Source: Felis catus (lineage: Eukaryota). From it: 64,000 nt of DNA. This document shows, one piece after another, positions 24,982 to 38,525 of this stretch. The notes under the pieces are model-generated. The model searched no databases. It was not told the DNA's origin and saw only the letters and a program-made list of their open reading frames with translations. The position numbers and the translations under genes were made by a program. The stretch lies in assembly GCF_018350175.1 (NCBI RefSeq), contig NC_058368.1, forward strand, positions 68,698,001-68,762,000. The letters run 5' to 3'. Positions within the stretch are counted from its first letter, which is position 1. Every line of letters begins with the position of its first letter.

Positions 24982-25621
24982 AACCAAAAAATGAATTTTA
25001 AATAGTGCTTAGTCTGTCCCATTGGTCCTCCTAAGTGGAAGTCTTGCCTGCATACAGGTGGGGTGGTGGCCTCTATCAGATGCCTTCCCCAGAGCAGCAA
25101 GGAAGGACAGGAAAAAGGTGTATTTAAAAAAGGATTGGAGGCCGCATTTATGACAAACACCAATCTCTGCCACTAACAGAAAGTAGGAATCAGGAGAAAG
25201 AGGTTGGAGGTGCGGAGATAATGAAAAGCTGAGTCTGGAGTTGAATTCCAGTGGCGTTATTTAGTGGAATACACTTAGTGGACGTTTGAAAGCGGATCCG
25301 GAGTTCAGAATGGCATTATGGGGACGGTCATCCAAAGGTGGAGATTGCTGAAGCAAAGCAAGTACGTGAAATCCTTTGCTACACTCTTGATTTGTGGTCT
25401 TAGGACATTTCTCCTTGATTTTGTTTCTTTAATTTTGAGAATTTATTTATAGTTGGTGAAGTAAAAAATACACAATGAAGCTAAAAAAAAAATCTGTGAT
25501 GTTGGATTTCGTTACGTGGGAAATTTATTTTCCTAGAAGCTCTGTAATGGTCAAATATTTACTTGAAAAATTAAATAATTCATTTAAAATAATGAACTAT
25601 TTTATTAGAAAACAATGATTT

Positions 25622-25830
25622 AGGTCCCATGGGCGGCTCAGTGGGTTAAGCATTCGAATTCTTGGTTTCGGCTCAGGTCGTGGTTCTACGTACGGTCTGT
25701 GAGTTCGAGCCCTTCGTTGGGTTCCACGCCGACAGTATGGAACCTGCTTGGAATTCTCTCTCTTCCTCTCTCTCTTTCCCTCTCCTGCACATGCTCACTC
25801 TTTTTGTCCCTCAAAATAAATAAACTTAAC
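25622..25830 (+). mobile_element. Can-SINE (diverged)
   Basis: GGCGGCTCAGTGGGTTAAGCATTCG...GAGTTCGAGCCC...CTCAAAATAAATAAACTT. Confidence 0.88.
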
Positions 25831-28319
25831 CCAATTATTTAATTTTTCATTAGAATTGTTTAATATTTGACATAATATGTAATCTAAAATTATTAAATTT
25901 TAGAATTCATTTTTTGTTAAATTAAATAATAATTGTTAGAATTATTTAATTTTTAGAATTATTTAATTTTGATCTTGTAGATTTGAATAGAATACTGATT
26001 AATAAATATGTTGATGTCAATTTTATACACAATATTCACATTGTTTGCCAATTTGGGGGCCTCTGTGAATTTTGGAGGATGTTTTTTGCTTCAAGCACTG
26101 AATGAATTTTAGTCTCTGAATAGTTCTCCTACCTCATAAGGTTGCTGTATCAGCCAATATTGGATCAAGAGGAATTGCCATGTGTGATAAAACATAAGGG
26201 AGCCTTATAGGGGTTAGACCTGTGTGCAGGTGCAGGGCTGGTGGCACGGTCTCTGTGGGCTGTGTCTGTGCACTTAATGTTGAACCTCACGTGTAGAGCC
26301 TTTACCAGACAGGTAAATCGGGAAGAAAGCTGACTATAGGTGACAGCAAGGACAAATGGCACCCCACATTGATAAACTGGTACTCCCACAAAGTTAATTG
26401 GAACCTGCAAGATAACTTGGAGCCTGTCTGTGTCTCACCACCTTCTCCCATGATGCTACTACAGTGGGGAGAACCTGGTGTCTTTCAGCACAGAGGTGCA
26501 CATGCACCTGTACCAAGGCTTGGAAAATCTGGAAGGCAGATCTTCCAGGAGCTAGAGGTGTGATGAGTTGGGTGAGGTGCCATACCCATCAGGCCAGCTA
26601 GCAGGTCCACCACAGTACCCGGATCCTGGCACCACCCTTCAGCTCTGGAAGGAAACATGGCTGTCGCTTCCCTTCCACATTCCCATCAAGTGTCTCTTGT
26701 GGCCAGTACTAACCCAGAACCCTTCAAGGGAAGGAATCTAGGGGAGCAGTTCCAGCTTAGATAAGTCAACACAGCACAGTTGTAAGAGCTGCTCCTCACA
26801 ATATTTGTATCTTATAAGTTATCTCTCTCGCATCTATAGAATGGGCATAATAAAATATCCGTAGACGTTGGATGACAATAACAAAAAATTCTTGTGGATT
26901 ACATCTTTCACGATTTTGACTATAAATGGCTTTACATAAATTTTGGCCACGTACTCTTTCAAATTTGCAGCTTACTTAATCCCTCCAAAATTCCTTGTAT
27001 TTGAGTGTCTTATTTAATATTCTTCCACCTACAGACAGCACTAAAAGATGAACAAGGCAATTATGGAACATTTTAAACTAACTAGACTTACTGCTCTGCC
27101 CTTTATTCTTGGAGACTGGTTCCAGATGCATTAGGGAGGTAGGCTACGCAGCTCCCTACAGAGCCTGGCTACCTGACCTTCTGCCCAAGGCCCTGCCATA
27201 CTTTGCTCTTACTTATTTCCTTTTTAAACTCTACCTTTGTTTATGAAAGTTCATTATTCATTACCCATTTTTGTCCTTTTTCCCTACTGTTGACCTCAGA
27301 CTCTCCTCTCTCTCAGATTATTTCCTCTGTCTTGCTCATTAAGCTGATAGACTAGAAAGAGAGAGAAAAAAAAAGTTCTTTCAAAGCCACTTCTTCCTTG
27401 AAGCCCTTGAGTGATGAGCTTTTAATGATCTATCACTTTCTTCTTGGTAAAACAGGGCTGGGGGTCATAGTCATCTGCCCGTAAGAAGAAAAGTGGAACT
27501 TCAAAGAGCATCTTATCTTTAGAAACACATAAGCCCTCCTGTCTGATTCTCATCTGAATTTGCAATTAATTCTTTCTTTCTCCATATTACATAACAAAGC
27601 AATCAGACTTATAATGGTATAATTCACATGCATGACTATGTTTTGGGTTCTGTGAAAAATAATAGTTTCCTTTCACATAGTATTTTAAAAACTACTTTTC
27701 GACATACGTCTTGCTAGATATACAGGTAGGCACATAGATTGAAGGATGGATAAATGATGGATGGGTGGATGGGTGAATGGATAGGATAGATAAATATATT
27801 GAGTGTCACAGAGGAAGGGGCTGCTTGAAATTATTTATCTAGTATTCCCTTTTAATACCAATGACTCTACATTTTCAGGTGAAGAAAGATTTGTCTACTA
27901 AGAAAATCTTTTTTATGAAATAAGATCCTTTTGGGCTCTATCTATCTATTGATAAACCGTAATCTTCAGAAAGTTCTAGAATTTGAGAATTCGGAACTAC
28001 AAATCACTGTGAAACCTCTCATTTTATACACAGAAAACTGAGACCCTAAAACAGTAAGTAATAAACTCACTCTTGGGAGCCAGACTTGAACTTAGATTTC
28101 CTACATCCTCTTGTTTTCTCCTCTACCACTCGGAGCAGGGTATGGCCTCAGCGACGTGCGTGTAACACATCCCATTTGATCAGATACCCCTTGCTTTTTA
28201 GTGCCTGAAAACGAAGAATACTATTAGGGGGCTGGTAGATTTACTTCTGTATCTTTACCGAATCATTTTACACCCATAAGATTACGGCCTTGTAGTTAAA
28301 CCACAGCTTGAGACAGGAT

Positions 28320-28620
28320 ATGTCATGATGTTAATGAATTATTTTAGCATCTTTAGATGTGAAAATGGTATGGCAGTTATACTTTTTAACAGTTCTCTTT
28401 TAGAAATACGTACCGAGTTGTTTATAGATGAAATGATCTGATGTCTTGGATGTGCTTCAGAATAAAATAGTTTTGGAGAAAAAAAAAAACAGATGAAACC
28501 AGACTGGCCTTATTTGGTAATTACCGAAACCGGGTGATGCGTACAGAGGAGTTGACTGTGCTGCTCCCTCTACTTCTGTTAACATTTGAGTTTTTCCAGA
28601 ACAGAAAGTTAGTTAAAAAC
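28320..28620 (+). mobile_element. Ancient L1 (L1MC/L1ME-type) 3' fragment
   Basis: TTTAGAAATACGTACCGAGTTGTTTATAGATGAAATGATCTGATGTCTTGGATGTGCTTCAGAATAA motif typical of old L1 3' ends. Confidence 0.65.
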
Positions 28621-28664
28621 AAAACAAAACAAAACAAAACAACAAAACACTGCGACTTGGAGCA

Positions 28665-28890
28665 TGAAGGTGAGAAGCGTCTCTGGAGTCAAAACAAGGG
28701 AGATTTCGCTTCCGGATCTGCCTGTCACTTACTGCCATCATCTTACCTCACCTATACAATGGGCGTAAAGCAACTCCCTCACAGGGTCATCCAAGTTAAA
28801 TGGGATCATAGTAAAACCCTTAAAACAGCCCCTGGCACAATAGTAATCCATCAGATTTTACTTAATGTATTATTACTGTTATTGTCATTA
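28665..28890 (+). mobile_element. MIR
   Basis: CTCTGGAGTCA...GTCACTTACTG...TAAAACCCTTAAAACAGCCCCTGGCACAATAGTAA. Confidence 0.7.
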
Positions 28891-29084
28891 TTTGAAAGGA
28901 TGCCTTATCGCTATGGTTTTCTGTTTCCCCTCCACAGCTACGGCAATGGTAAAAAAAAAAAAAAAAAAAAGTTAAGTAAGTAAAAGATGTGAATACTATT
29001 ATCCTATTATCCCAGGATTTGAGATAGAAAGCGGGCTCGCTCAGCTGTTCAGGTCATGCAGTGAGGAAGACAAAAGGTTAGATC

Positions 29085-29665
29085 ACAGGATGCAGAAGTG
29101 TTGTTTCATTTCCAAATATTTGAGGACTCTCTGATACCTTTGTATTGTTTTCTTGCTTAATTTTGTTCTGGTCAGATAACACACTGTGCATGTGAATTGT
29201 TTCTCCAACTGATTTTTATGTATTGTGGTAAAAAAAATACATGGGATAAAATTTACCATTTTATATCATTTTTAAGTGTGTAATTCAGTGGCTTTACACA
29301 CGTGCACAATGCCGTGTAACTATCACCACTGTCTATCCAGAACTTTCTAATTATTTCAGATAGAAACTCTGCACCTACAAACCAAAAATTTCCTTACCCC
29401 CAGCCCCTCGCAACTCGACCCTGCTTTCTAAGTCTTTATGGATTTGCCTATTCTTGTATGGTTTGAATTTTTTACATTAGTTAAGATTCTCTCTGTGGTC
29501 CAGACTATGGTCTATTTCAGTAAATGTTCCATATGCATTTGAAAAAATTATGTATTCTGCTGATGGTAGAATATTCTAGAAATGTAAATATGATCAAGTT
29601 GATTGATAGGATTGTTCTTTTATACTCTATCAGTTTTTAATTAAATTGTTCTATTGATTTCTGAG
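29085..29665 (-). mobile_element. Old L1 fragments (an L1MB-like 3' end within another L1M)
   Basis: TAAAATTTACCATTTT...TTTTTAAGTGTGTAATTCAGTGGC...AACTATCACCACT...GGATTTGCCTATTCT and GTTCCATATGCATTTGAAAAA...TGTATTCTGC. Confidence 0.75.
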
Positions 29666-29675
29666 GAAAAAAGAA

Positions 29676-29716
29676 AGGAAGGAAGGAAGGAAGGAAGGAA
29701 GGAACGAAGGAAGGAA
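29676..29716. repeat. (GGAA)n microsatellite
   Basis: Direct reading. Confidence 0.9.
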
Positions 29717-30399
29717 GCCTCTTGATTGTAAAGACGAACCTGCACCAAAATCACAGCAACCTGACATCCTCTCCTCGGCTGAGCAGTGGGCACCACAGGT
29801 GGCTTTGGCCTGGGGCTGGACCATGTGTTGTCGGTCACGGCCAGCAGATTTTGTTCATTGCCAAAGGAATTGTTCAATGTGGACTCCCTTCGGCTACCCC
29901 TCTCGTCCTCTTCCGTGTGTTGCTTTCTTCCTCGGTCCCCCTTTCACCGCCGACCTTCTTGTCCTTTCTTTACGGAGAAAAGCCACGGTAGAGTGGTGAT
30001 TTGTCTGCAAAGGCTGTGCTGGAGATGGGACAGCTGTAGGAATGGATGCCTTTGAGCAGAATTAAGGAACAGCACTTTATGCACAATACAGGCCACTTTT
30101 AATAAAGTGCTTGCTTTGCAGAGGACTTTGGGGCGGGGGGGGGGGGTGCAAGCGTCATCACTTTAGACACTGTTAAGTGCATGCATTTGGAAACAAAAAC
30201 CTGGTATTGTTAATTCATGTATGCGTTGATAGATGCAAAACAGATTAAAAACTCTAAGACTAGAGACCCAAGTCTTTGGAATATTATGTGAGTCTGCTCA
30301 CTGTCCAGAGCACCATCTGCATAACTCTCACCCCCCCCACACACACACACCCACCCCCCACCGTACGTGGTCTGGCCTCTAACCAACCACCCCAGCGAG

Positions 30400-30785
30400 C
30401 TCCAGGCAAGTATGCCCCTGCTTCAAGGTCTTTGTGTCTTCTTTGCCTCCACCTCAAAAACTGACCTCTCCAGTATCTCCATGGCCCCTTTCTTGGTGTT
30501 TGATCAAATACAGCCTTCTTGGTGTGGCCTCCCCGACAACCTATGAATACTGTAGATCCCCACCTAGACCTGCGTTTGCCAGCCTTTTCCTCATTTTACT
30601 ATGCTACATAGCATTTATCACCTTTTAACACACTATGTAATTTACTCAGTTAATTATGAATCTCCCCCACCCCACGCAGGCATGTATTTATAACTTCTTC
30701 AATGGACACACCCCAGTGCCTAGAATGCTACCTGGCACAGAGTTATTAAACAAATACCCGTTTCATGGAATGAATGATAATGAAC
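30400..30785 (+). mobile_element. L2 3' fragment
   Basis: CATAGCATTTATCACC...CCCCAGTGCCTAGAATGCTACCTGGCACAGAG...GAATGAATGA. Confidence 0.7.
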
Positions 30786-30831
30786 GAAAGAACAAGGGAA
30801 ATAAGGACGGAAATAAATGTAAAACTTGCCT

Positions 30832-31064
30832 GGGCACCTGGGTGGCTCAGTTGGTTAAGCGTCCGGCTTCGGCTTAGGTCATGATATCATGGTTGCTGAG
30901 ATCCAGCCCCGCATTGGGTGAGCTCCAGCCTTGCGTTGGGCTCCACGCTGACAATGCAGAGGGTCCACCTGGGATTCTCTCTCTCCCTTTCTCTCTGCCC
31001 CTCGCTCACTCATGCCCTCTCTCTCTCTCAAAAATAAATAAAAATAAAAATTTTTTTTAAAAAG
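30832..31064 (+). mobile_element. Can-SINE with a small internal duplication
   Basis: TSD TGTAAAACTTGCC (30818-30830, 31065-31077); duplicated GAG(A/C)TCCAGCC...TTGGG segment. Confidence 0.93.
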
Positions 31065-33704
31065 TGTAAAACTTGCCATTACAAGCTGTGGTGCATTCAT
31101 TTTTAACCGACAAAGGCCAATTCCCTCCCCTGCCTACCTAGGGTCTGTCTTCGGAGTTCCCACTGTCTGTCTGAGGACCTGATTTACTCCAGACGTTCAC
31201 AGCAGTGATGGATGTCTCCTTGTTGGGAGCACTGGTACCTGAACTTCTCCCATGGCCTACAAGGTGAGAGCATCTCCGTGCGGCAAACCCTACTCTCACA
31301 TGAGAGACACACACACACGGAGTGGAGGCTGCACTTTGTTTGTTATAGGGTCCCCGAGCTTGCCTGTAGACAGTTTTAAAGCCAGCACTACGATTTAGTG
31401 CCTTGGTCGGTCATTAAATGTCTTAGGAAAAGCCTTGTCTGAAATAACGCAACATCAACTTTCAACATTTTACAAAATACGTTCAAAAGAAGGCAGTCTT
31501 GTTCATTTAAGTACACAGAATCAATCCAAGCTGTTAACCAAGTATTACCAATATGAGGAACTCCTAGCTCTGTTTCCTCGAACACATACACTTCATTTCC
31601 TAGGGGAACATCACCTTGCGTAGACTGTTTATTTTATTTTTGACTTTAAATTTACGGCTCAAGGAAGAAATATCCTATACTTTCTTAAGAATGTTGAAAA
31701 AAAATGAAACCATGTAGCAGTCGAATGCCTTTTCTTCTGAAAGTTGTAAGGAAGTTGCATCATAACCTCGTTCATCCAGTCTCCCCAAACCTTCTAGACC
31801 TTGCGTCCTCAAGTCAGTGCAATTGTCTATAAAGTAACTCAGTGGTTTCAGCAGAGTTGTGTTCTGCATATAAAGTATGTGACAGCCGCACGGTGTTTCC
31901 CCTGGGTTCCTCCCTTCACCAATGTTCTTCCTTAACAGTAAGTCCTGCATTTTGTAACTAAGTATCCTCTTAAAAGAGTCTAAATATGACATTTCTGTTG
32001 GACTACAATGTATATCAGTTTTCCTCTTGTAAGAAGGAAACTCTCACTCAGAATAAGATTTGTCAGGAGGTGACAGCTGTTTTTTTGTTGGGCATGGATT
32101 TAAGTAAACATTAAAGACAGTGGAGCTTTTACTAAGATGATTTAATAAAGCTCATTAATGTGGTTGATTTACATAGCTGACCTAAATAGAAGGCGAAATT
32201 CATCTCTGCTGCAGTAATGTGTCATCAAAATATATTGATGCATTGAATGCACTACCAATGTTAAATTTTAATTCTAAATTTAATCACACTTGCTAAGGTC
32301 AAAGGGAGAGATGTTAAAAATAGTAGAAAAGAGTTTATATTTACTTTCCTTTGTTTTTAATCCATGTAAAGTGCTCCGTCTGCCTCATCAGGAGAGAGTA
32401 TTAACAGCCTTTCACTGGAAATGGGGAAAAACACCACCCAACTCGGAGTTATTTTTGAGATTATAGATCCAGGCTATTAGATCAATCAATGTGAAAGCCA
32501 GAGAGTATTTCGAGCAGGGAGGGCTGTAGCCCTCAGTAAACATCCCAGGTCTCTATCAGCTATATTCACAGTAATGAATCAGCAAGAAAGCATTTGACCC
32601 AGCAGAATTCACCCCTGTGTCTGAGTTGTGACTCATACAATTCTGAGCCTCAGGGCCCAAGGCTCTGGGGGTATTTTGTTTTCTGTTTCCATGCTCAGCT
32701 CTTTGACTCTTCATTCACTACATAGGGACTGAGGACATCATACAGCCCACTCAGTAAGTATGTGACCTTTCACACCTGAAGACCTCCCAGCCCCCTGTCA
32801 GTTTTATGGGAAAGTCAGGACGGGGCGGCAGGGGGGGAAGGGGGTGCGGGGCGGGGGGGGGGGAGATGATACCTCACATTCGGTCCCAGTTCCTGATAGT
32901 CGACAACTAGGCCTTGGCTGTGAAACCTGTGAAATGTGGGAATTAAGCTATGAATAGTAATAACAAAAACAATTGGCAATGACTCCAGTGTTTATTTGAA
33001 TGTTGATGGGAATTATTCAAAGTCTTCTCTGAGCACTAATTCCTTTCTTTCTCTCTTCGACCCTGCGAGGATGACTGTCCCTGTTACAGAGACGAGGAAT
33101 CCCAGGCAGAGGGGACCGCTGTCATGTGCTCCTCATCAGGAGAGGTGGGACTCGAGGAAGCATTACAGCCTGTCCTCGGCCGCTGCACCATGATGCCTTT
33201 CCAATAGCGGCAGCATTCGTAATAATGTGATACTGTGCAAAATGTAGTGAAGTGAGAGAGCATAGAGGATTCGGGGTTAGTCACATGGGTTCCTGTTAAA
33301 GCTGTGCATCAAACTAGTAGAGTGAACTAGAGTAAGTTATGTAACTTACCTAAGCCTCAGTTTCCCCTCATGTAAGATGAATTTACATTCATCTTACCTG
33401 GGTGGCCAGGTAAACTCAGGGAACCTTCCCTGAGTTCTCTTTGTCACCTATCTGGCTCCTTTCCCTCTATTCACCTGTCTCCCTAGTCCTTGTATCCCTC
33501 CTCCTCTTTCCTGCATGCAAATTGTTGCAAAGCTCAACTCATCGTACAGTGAAAACCTGCAAAGTGCTCAGGAAAACATGTAAATGGTGCACAGCACACT
33601 ATCATGGAGGCTAAAAACTAGCTAATCAATGAGGGTGAGATCAGGGGAAGAGTCTTCAGTCATGTAAAGGAACATTGTTTAGAGAACTTGTTTCTCTGTA
33701 GACT

Positions 33705-33900
33705 TGCATTTCCCAAAGTGCATTATTGATATTAAAAGGAGTTACCAAAAGTAAATAAATAAGTTTCGGGATAAACAAAATTAAACAGATTTATTTCTTG
33801 CAGGACTTATCAGAGCCTTTAATATGCTAATGAACTATATGTATCTCCAAGTAGAGGATACGGTATGCAAGGTTTTCCAAACAAATTTGTAAGAGAATTC
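33705..33900. mobile_element. MER103-like hAT-Charlie fragment
   Basis: TTTCCCAAAGTG...GCAGGACTTATCAGAGCCTTTAATATGCTAATG; related in reverse orientation to the 38308 copy. Confidence 0.55.
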
Positions 33901-36900
33901 TCCCCCCCTGCCCCCAGGTCATCTTGTAGGACTAGTATTTACCAGGAAAATACTTGGGAATGTTTTGGATTCCAGTGGCACCAATTATTAAATGTAGGAC
34001 TCAGTGCTTGGAATTGTTTCTGTGACTTAGGGAGCAGGGCAGTGAGACTAGCACCTACCTCTGATTGCATCGTAGAGCTGGAACTCGAGCCTTTTGAGGA
34101 AGCTGCAGCTTGGCCCAGATTGTACAACAGAACTAGATTGTTCTTAGAACTCTAGAAGTAAAAGCTGATTCATGGATTTATCTTATTAATCTCCTGGGCT
34201 ACAGAAACTCTAGTTCCTAGTCCTTAGGCTATTAGGGACAGTGTAGTGAAATCTCAGTTGTAGATGTATATGGGTCAGGGGCTTGAGAAAGAGTTGAGGG
34301 AAAAATGACAAGATTTACCAAAGACTGGAAAAGAGTCAGTGGAGAAACACAAAGATTATCTAAAAGTAGTAAGTCTGTGACCAGCCCTATTATTATCTAC
34401 CCACTCACGCTTGGTCTGAAGATGTTAACTGGGCAGACATGTATGGCTGAGTAGGTTGTGTACTGCACAAATATGTGCACATATTTCAAGAATGGTGACC
34501 CTAGAATATTGATTGTAACCTGAATTATGGACTGGAGATTTGCCGAACATAACCTTCCTGATTGTACACAGTGGCCCTGGACATTAACCTCAGCAACTAA
34601 GTAAACTAACTGAAAATGTGTTTTTGCAAGGTGTCATGGTCTGTCAGTCTGTGGCTAGTTTGTCTGTTTAGCAGAGTTCTTAAAGGTAGGAGCAGAAAAA
34701 TCAAACAGGCCACCCACACAGCTAAAAACACAAGAAATGAATTAAAAATATTATGCAGATATGATCTGGGTAACTTAATTATGATTTTTTAAATTAAACC
34801 TCTGAATTTCCTTTAGAATGTTTCTGGAAGTTCTCTATATTTCCATATTTCCAAGATAATCTCTTCCCTTCTTATTTTCTTCCACGTGAATGCGAGAACC
34901 CACCAAAGTTTTGCTTGCCAACTCCCTGCTAAAACGTCCGCTGAGTACAAACCCTTGCTCAAAGTTTCAAATTAAACCGAGTCTTGGGTATTTGTGCCAC
35001 TGAGGGACCTAAATTTTACACAGAGCGTGAGTCCGTCACCCAGTAATAAAAGAGGTAGGTCCTTCAGAGACCCAGGATAAAGTCCTGGACCTTCTGTGCC
35101 TCAGGGTCTCTGCTTATAAAATGAAGATAAAGACAGTGACCTCCCAGATCGAATGTGAGTATGAAGTGATAAATTATCGTAAAGTGCTTTCCAAAAGAAA
35201 GTGCGCAATGAACGCTTAGTAATAATCTTTCCAATATTGAAGACATGAAGACAAATTAGGCAGCCCTTTTGTCTCCTCTGAGGACAATGGTAGAATCTGT
35301 ATTTAGGTGTCAGTTAGTGTAATTGGGGCAGTGAGTACTTACTAGTTGATTCAGTATGAAAAATGTGTTCTAATTGCCCATTTGGTAAAATACACATTTT
35401 TTGAAAAGGGTGGGGATCTTCTGTGTTGCTAGTTTCAATATTAAAAGGGCCTTTACAAGGAAGATATTGATTTCTAACCAAAAGGCAGTTTCCCTCATTA
35501 CACTTCAATGTGAAAAATCTTGAGGATAGAGAATTTTTGAAAGTGCAGTCCAAATTATTAGCTCAGCGATGTTATATAACTCAAAGTATATATAAAGCAA
35601 AGTTATAAATGCTTAATTATGTTAAAAATAACTTTAAGATTAAAATAGATTAAAAATATCATCTGTGTGCTTCTTAGTCAGGGATCCAGCAAATCGAGAA
35701 CTTGTAAAAGTACTCTTAGAGCCTGGCGGTTTACGTGTGAAGAGGGCTCTTGAAGGAAGCCTCTGTCTTTGGGGCACGGCCTGAGGTTTCCAAAACGGAG
35801 AGCCTGATTTTGCCAAAGTGGCATCTGTCTGTGCATAGTGTTCTGTTCATCGACAGCGAATCGTTCCTGCCAATATATACAAATGTTTATTACTGTAAGT
35901 AACCCTAACTTAAATGATTCCACACAACTGTGAGTTTTCAAATGTTATTTATTTTGAGACCAGAGCCTGTACTTCAACTTCCAGGCAGAGGAGTCTTTCA
36001 GCCCAATTTCTGGCGCAGGACAGATCCCTGGCACTGGTTCAGAGCCTCATGAATTTTTGTCTATGGAGGGGACCGTGGGGGGAGGGGGGAGGCAGGGGCA
36101 AGGGAGGGGGCCACGGGAGGTGGGGGGAGGACATCTGTTGGAGGGTGGGGGGTGCGGAATGGTCTGACACGTTGTGAGAATCCTCACTGAAGTCTTAAGG
36201 AACCACAAACTTCCAGAGGGTTAGGATCTTTTCTGTGTTTAACAAAAGCCAACCATTGTGTTTCTGTTTCCCCGCCTTCAAATAAGGGACTGGAATCTAG
36301 ATGAATAGTCAGATTTCTTCCAGCCCTGGGATCCATGATCGTAATCTCACCGCAATCCCTTCAGGACTGGACTGCTTTGCCAAATAAAATAATTACATTT
36401 GTAAGTGACCAGGCTTGTTGGGGAGGCTGGCCGTCCAACAGGTTGGGGGTGCAAGGGGGAGCTTGTGGGCATCAGCTCGGGAGACACAAGGGTGCAGGCA
36501 AAACAGAGGCAAAAATTGGAGTGAGTTGAAAAAGAACAATTCTCATTTTGTTTTGCTCCAGCAAAGAGACCTGCTAACAGAGTTCAACATTATAATGACT
36601 CAGTGCATATTTAAATGCGGTTATTTCTTCCTTTTTCATCAAGCCTTTTAAATGCAGAGATCTATAAAGCTCCGAGGTTTTTAAGGTTTGAGATGTTAGA
36701 GAAAGAACACAGTGACAGGAGACCAAATGATGTAAGGTGATGACATCAGCATCAGAATGCTGTTGCTAAGGTGAAGCTGTTTTTCTCTCTAATCCAGATG
36801 GAAGGCTCGATAATTGCCCATTTCTGGTAAAGAATATATCCATGACATGATCCCTTTTCTGTAGCAGATAAAACAAAGCCAGATGCTTTCTCTTTGCACA

Positions 36901-38307
36901 AATTATTTTTAAAATAAAGATTAAAATTTTATTATAAAACACACCACATGTTCTTGGAAGAAAATTCGGAACATTGTCTGGAAGTTTGGAGTTTTCATTT
37001 ATCAAGAGTATATACCGAGATCTGAATGGGTATTGGAATGGGATCGTTTGATAAGTCAAACTGAAAAGAGGTAGCCGTATTTTGAATTTAGAAAAGGAAG
37101 CTAGGGAACCTTCTAGAGGGGAAAAGAAAGATCTGGCTGATAGAGGGAAGGTGGTGAGCTGAGTCCTGGGTGCTAAGAAAGAAAGACGGAATTCACTATT
37201 TTGTGGCTGATGGCTGATCCAGACTGAAAGGTGGATCGTGCCGTTAACAGAGAGAGAGCAGGGCATAGCCAGGAAGTACCATTAAGAAAGAAGGGGTAGA
37301 ACTTAAGTGACGAACTGGCAGCCAGAACAGTTGAACACGAAGCCCCTTCCACACGAATGCCTTCCAGAATTCTCCCTGGACCCTGGAGTTTGCATCTTCT
37401 GCTTGGAACATGCTTCTCCCGAGGGCCCATGACACGCTTCCTCACCTCGGCAAAATCTTTCTCGAGGTGGCCTGTCCTGTCTATGCAATCTGTCACCCCC
37501 AACTCTCACTCAGATCGTCTGATCCCCCTGATCGTACTGTTTCTCGTCCTTCTTCTTCTCCTTCTTCTCCTTCTTCCCTTAACACTTCTTAATTACCATA
37601 TTACCTATGTTACATTTAGAGCCAGCCTAGTACAGTGGTAAAGAAATGGACTATGTAGCCAGCCTCCCTGAGGCAAATGGGCTCCACCACTGGCTGGCTT
37701 TGTGGCCCCAGAAAGGTGAACGAGACAGTCTATAAGATTGGGATAATAATAGCATGTACTTCATAGTGTTGTACTCAACACATAGTAATCGCCATGTACA
37801 TGTGTAAGAAATAAATTGTCTCTACCCACCTCCAACCTCCAAGACTGTAGAAATTCCCCAGGAGCATTTGCCACAAATGGCATTTGATGGAGCAAAGGAA
37901 GTAACATGTTTTCTATAAATGGGTGTTTCTTTTAGAATGTAGAGTTTAGATGAGATTAAGATTTAAAAGGGTGGTTATGCCCCCAGGTCACTTTACCGCC
38001 ACCATAGGCCCTCTGCTGGCCAGGAATGCCTGGGCAAATGGTCTGCGACATTTGACTAGGGAAGAAAGTTTGGTCCAGCCAACATATTCTGGAGCCACAG
38101 GAACTTCCAGGTAACTGTGGTTCTAAGAAATGAATAGAAAGTAGCATTGAGTCATTATGGTAGCTGCCTCATGAGTTGTTGACAAAGTTCAGGACCCTTA
38201 TAAAGTAGTAAGATTGAACATCAAAAAGAAGATGTTGAGTTGAATGAGGTGAGCATATATAGGCCCAAAGAACGGAAGGAAAAAAAAAAAAAAGATTTGT
38301 CTGGACT

Positions 38308-38525
38308 AGTGTTTCCCAAAATGCATCCCCCAGAATATCATACTAGTTAGATGTTTTTAAAATAAAAGGGTCTGTGATAAAATAAATTCTCAAACAGAGC
38401 TAACTATATCAACCTTTTTTGGAGACTCACAAAGTACATTCCCAGAATAAAAGCTCTGAGAAGTCCTTTGGTGAAAGTACACGTTTGTTGGTGATTCTAA
38501 CATCTCCCGAGCCTATTTGGCTGTT
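38308..38525. mobile_element. MER103-like hAT-Charlie fragment
   Basis: AGTGTTTCCCAAAATG...AAAAGGGTCTGTGATAAAATAAATT...AAAGCTCTGAGAAGTCCT. Confidence 0.6.

Noticed and set aside
28508..28517. Perfect CArG box CCTTATTTGG
   Set aside because: Isolated 10-mer inside an old L1 fragment; expected by chance in 64 kb.
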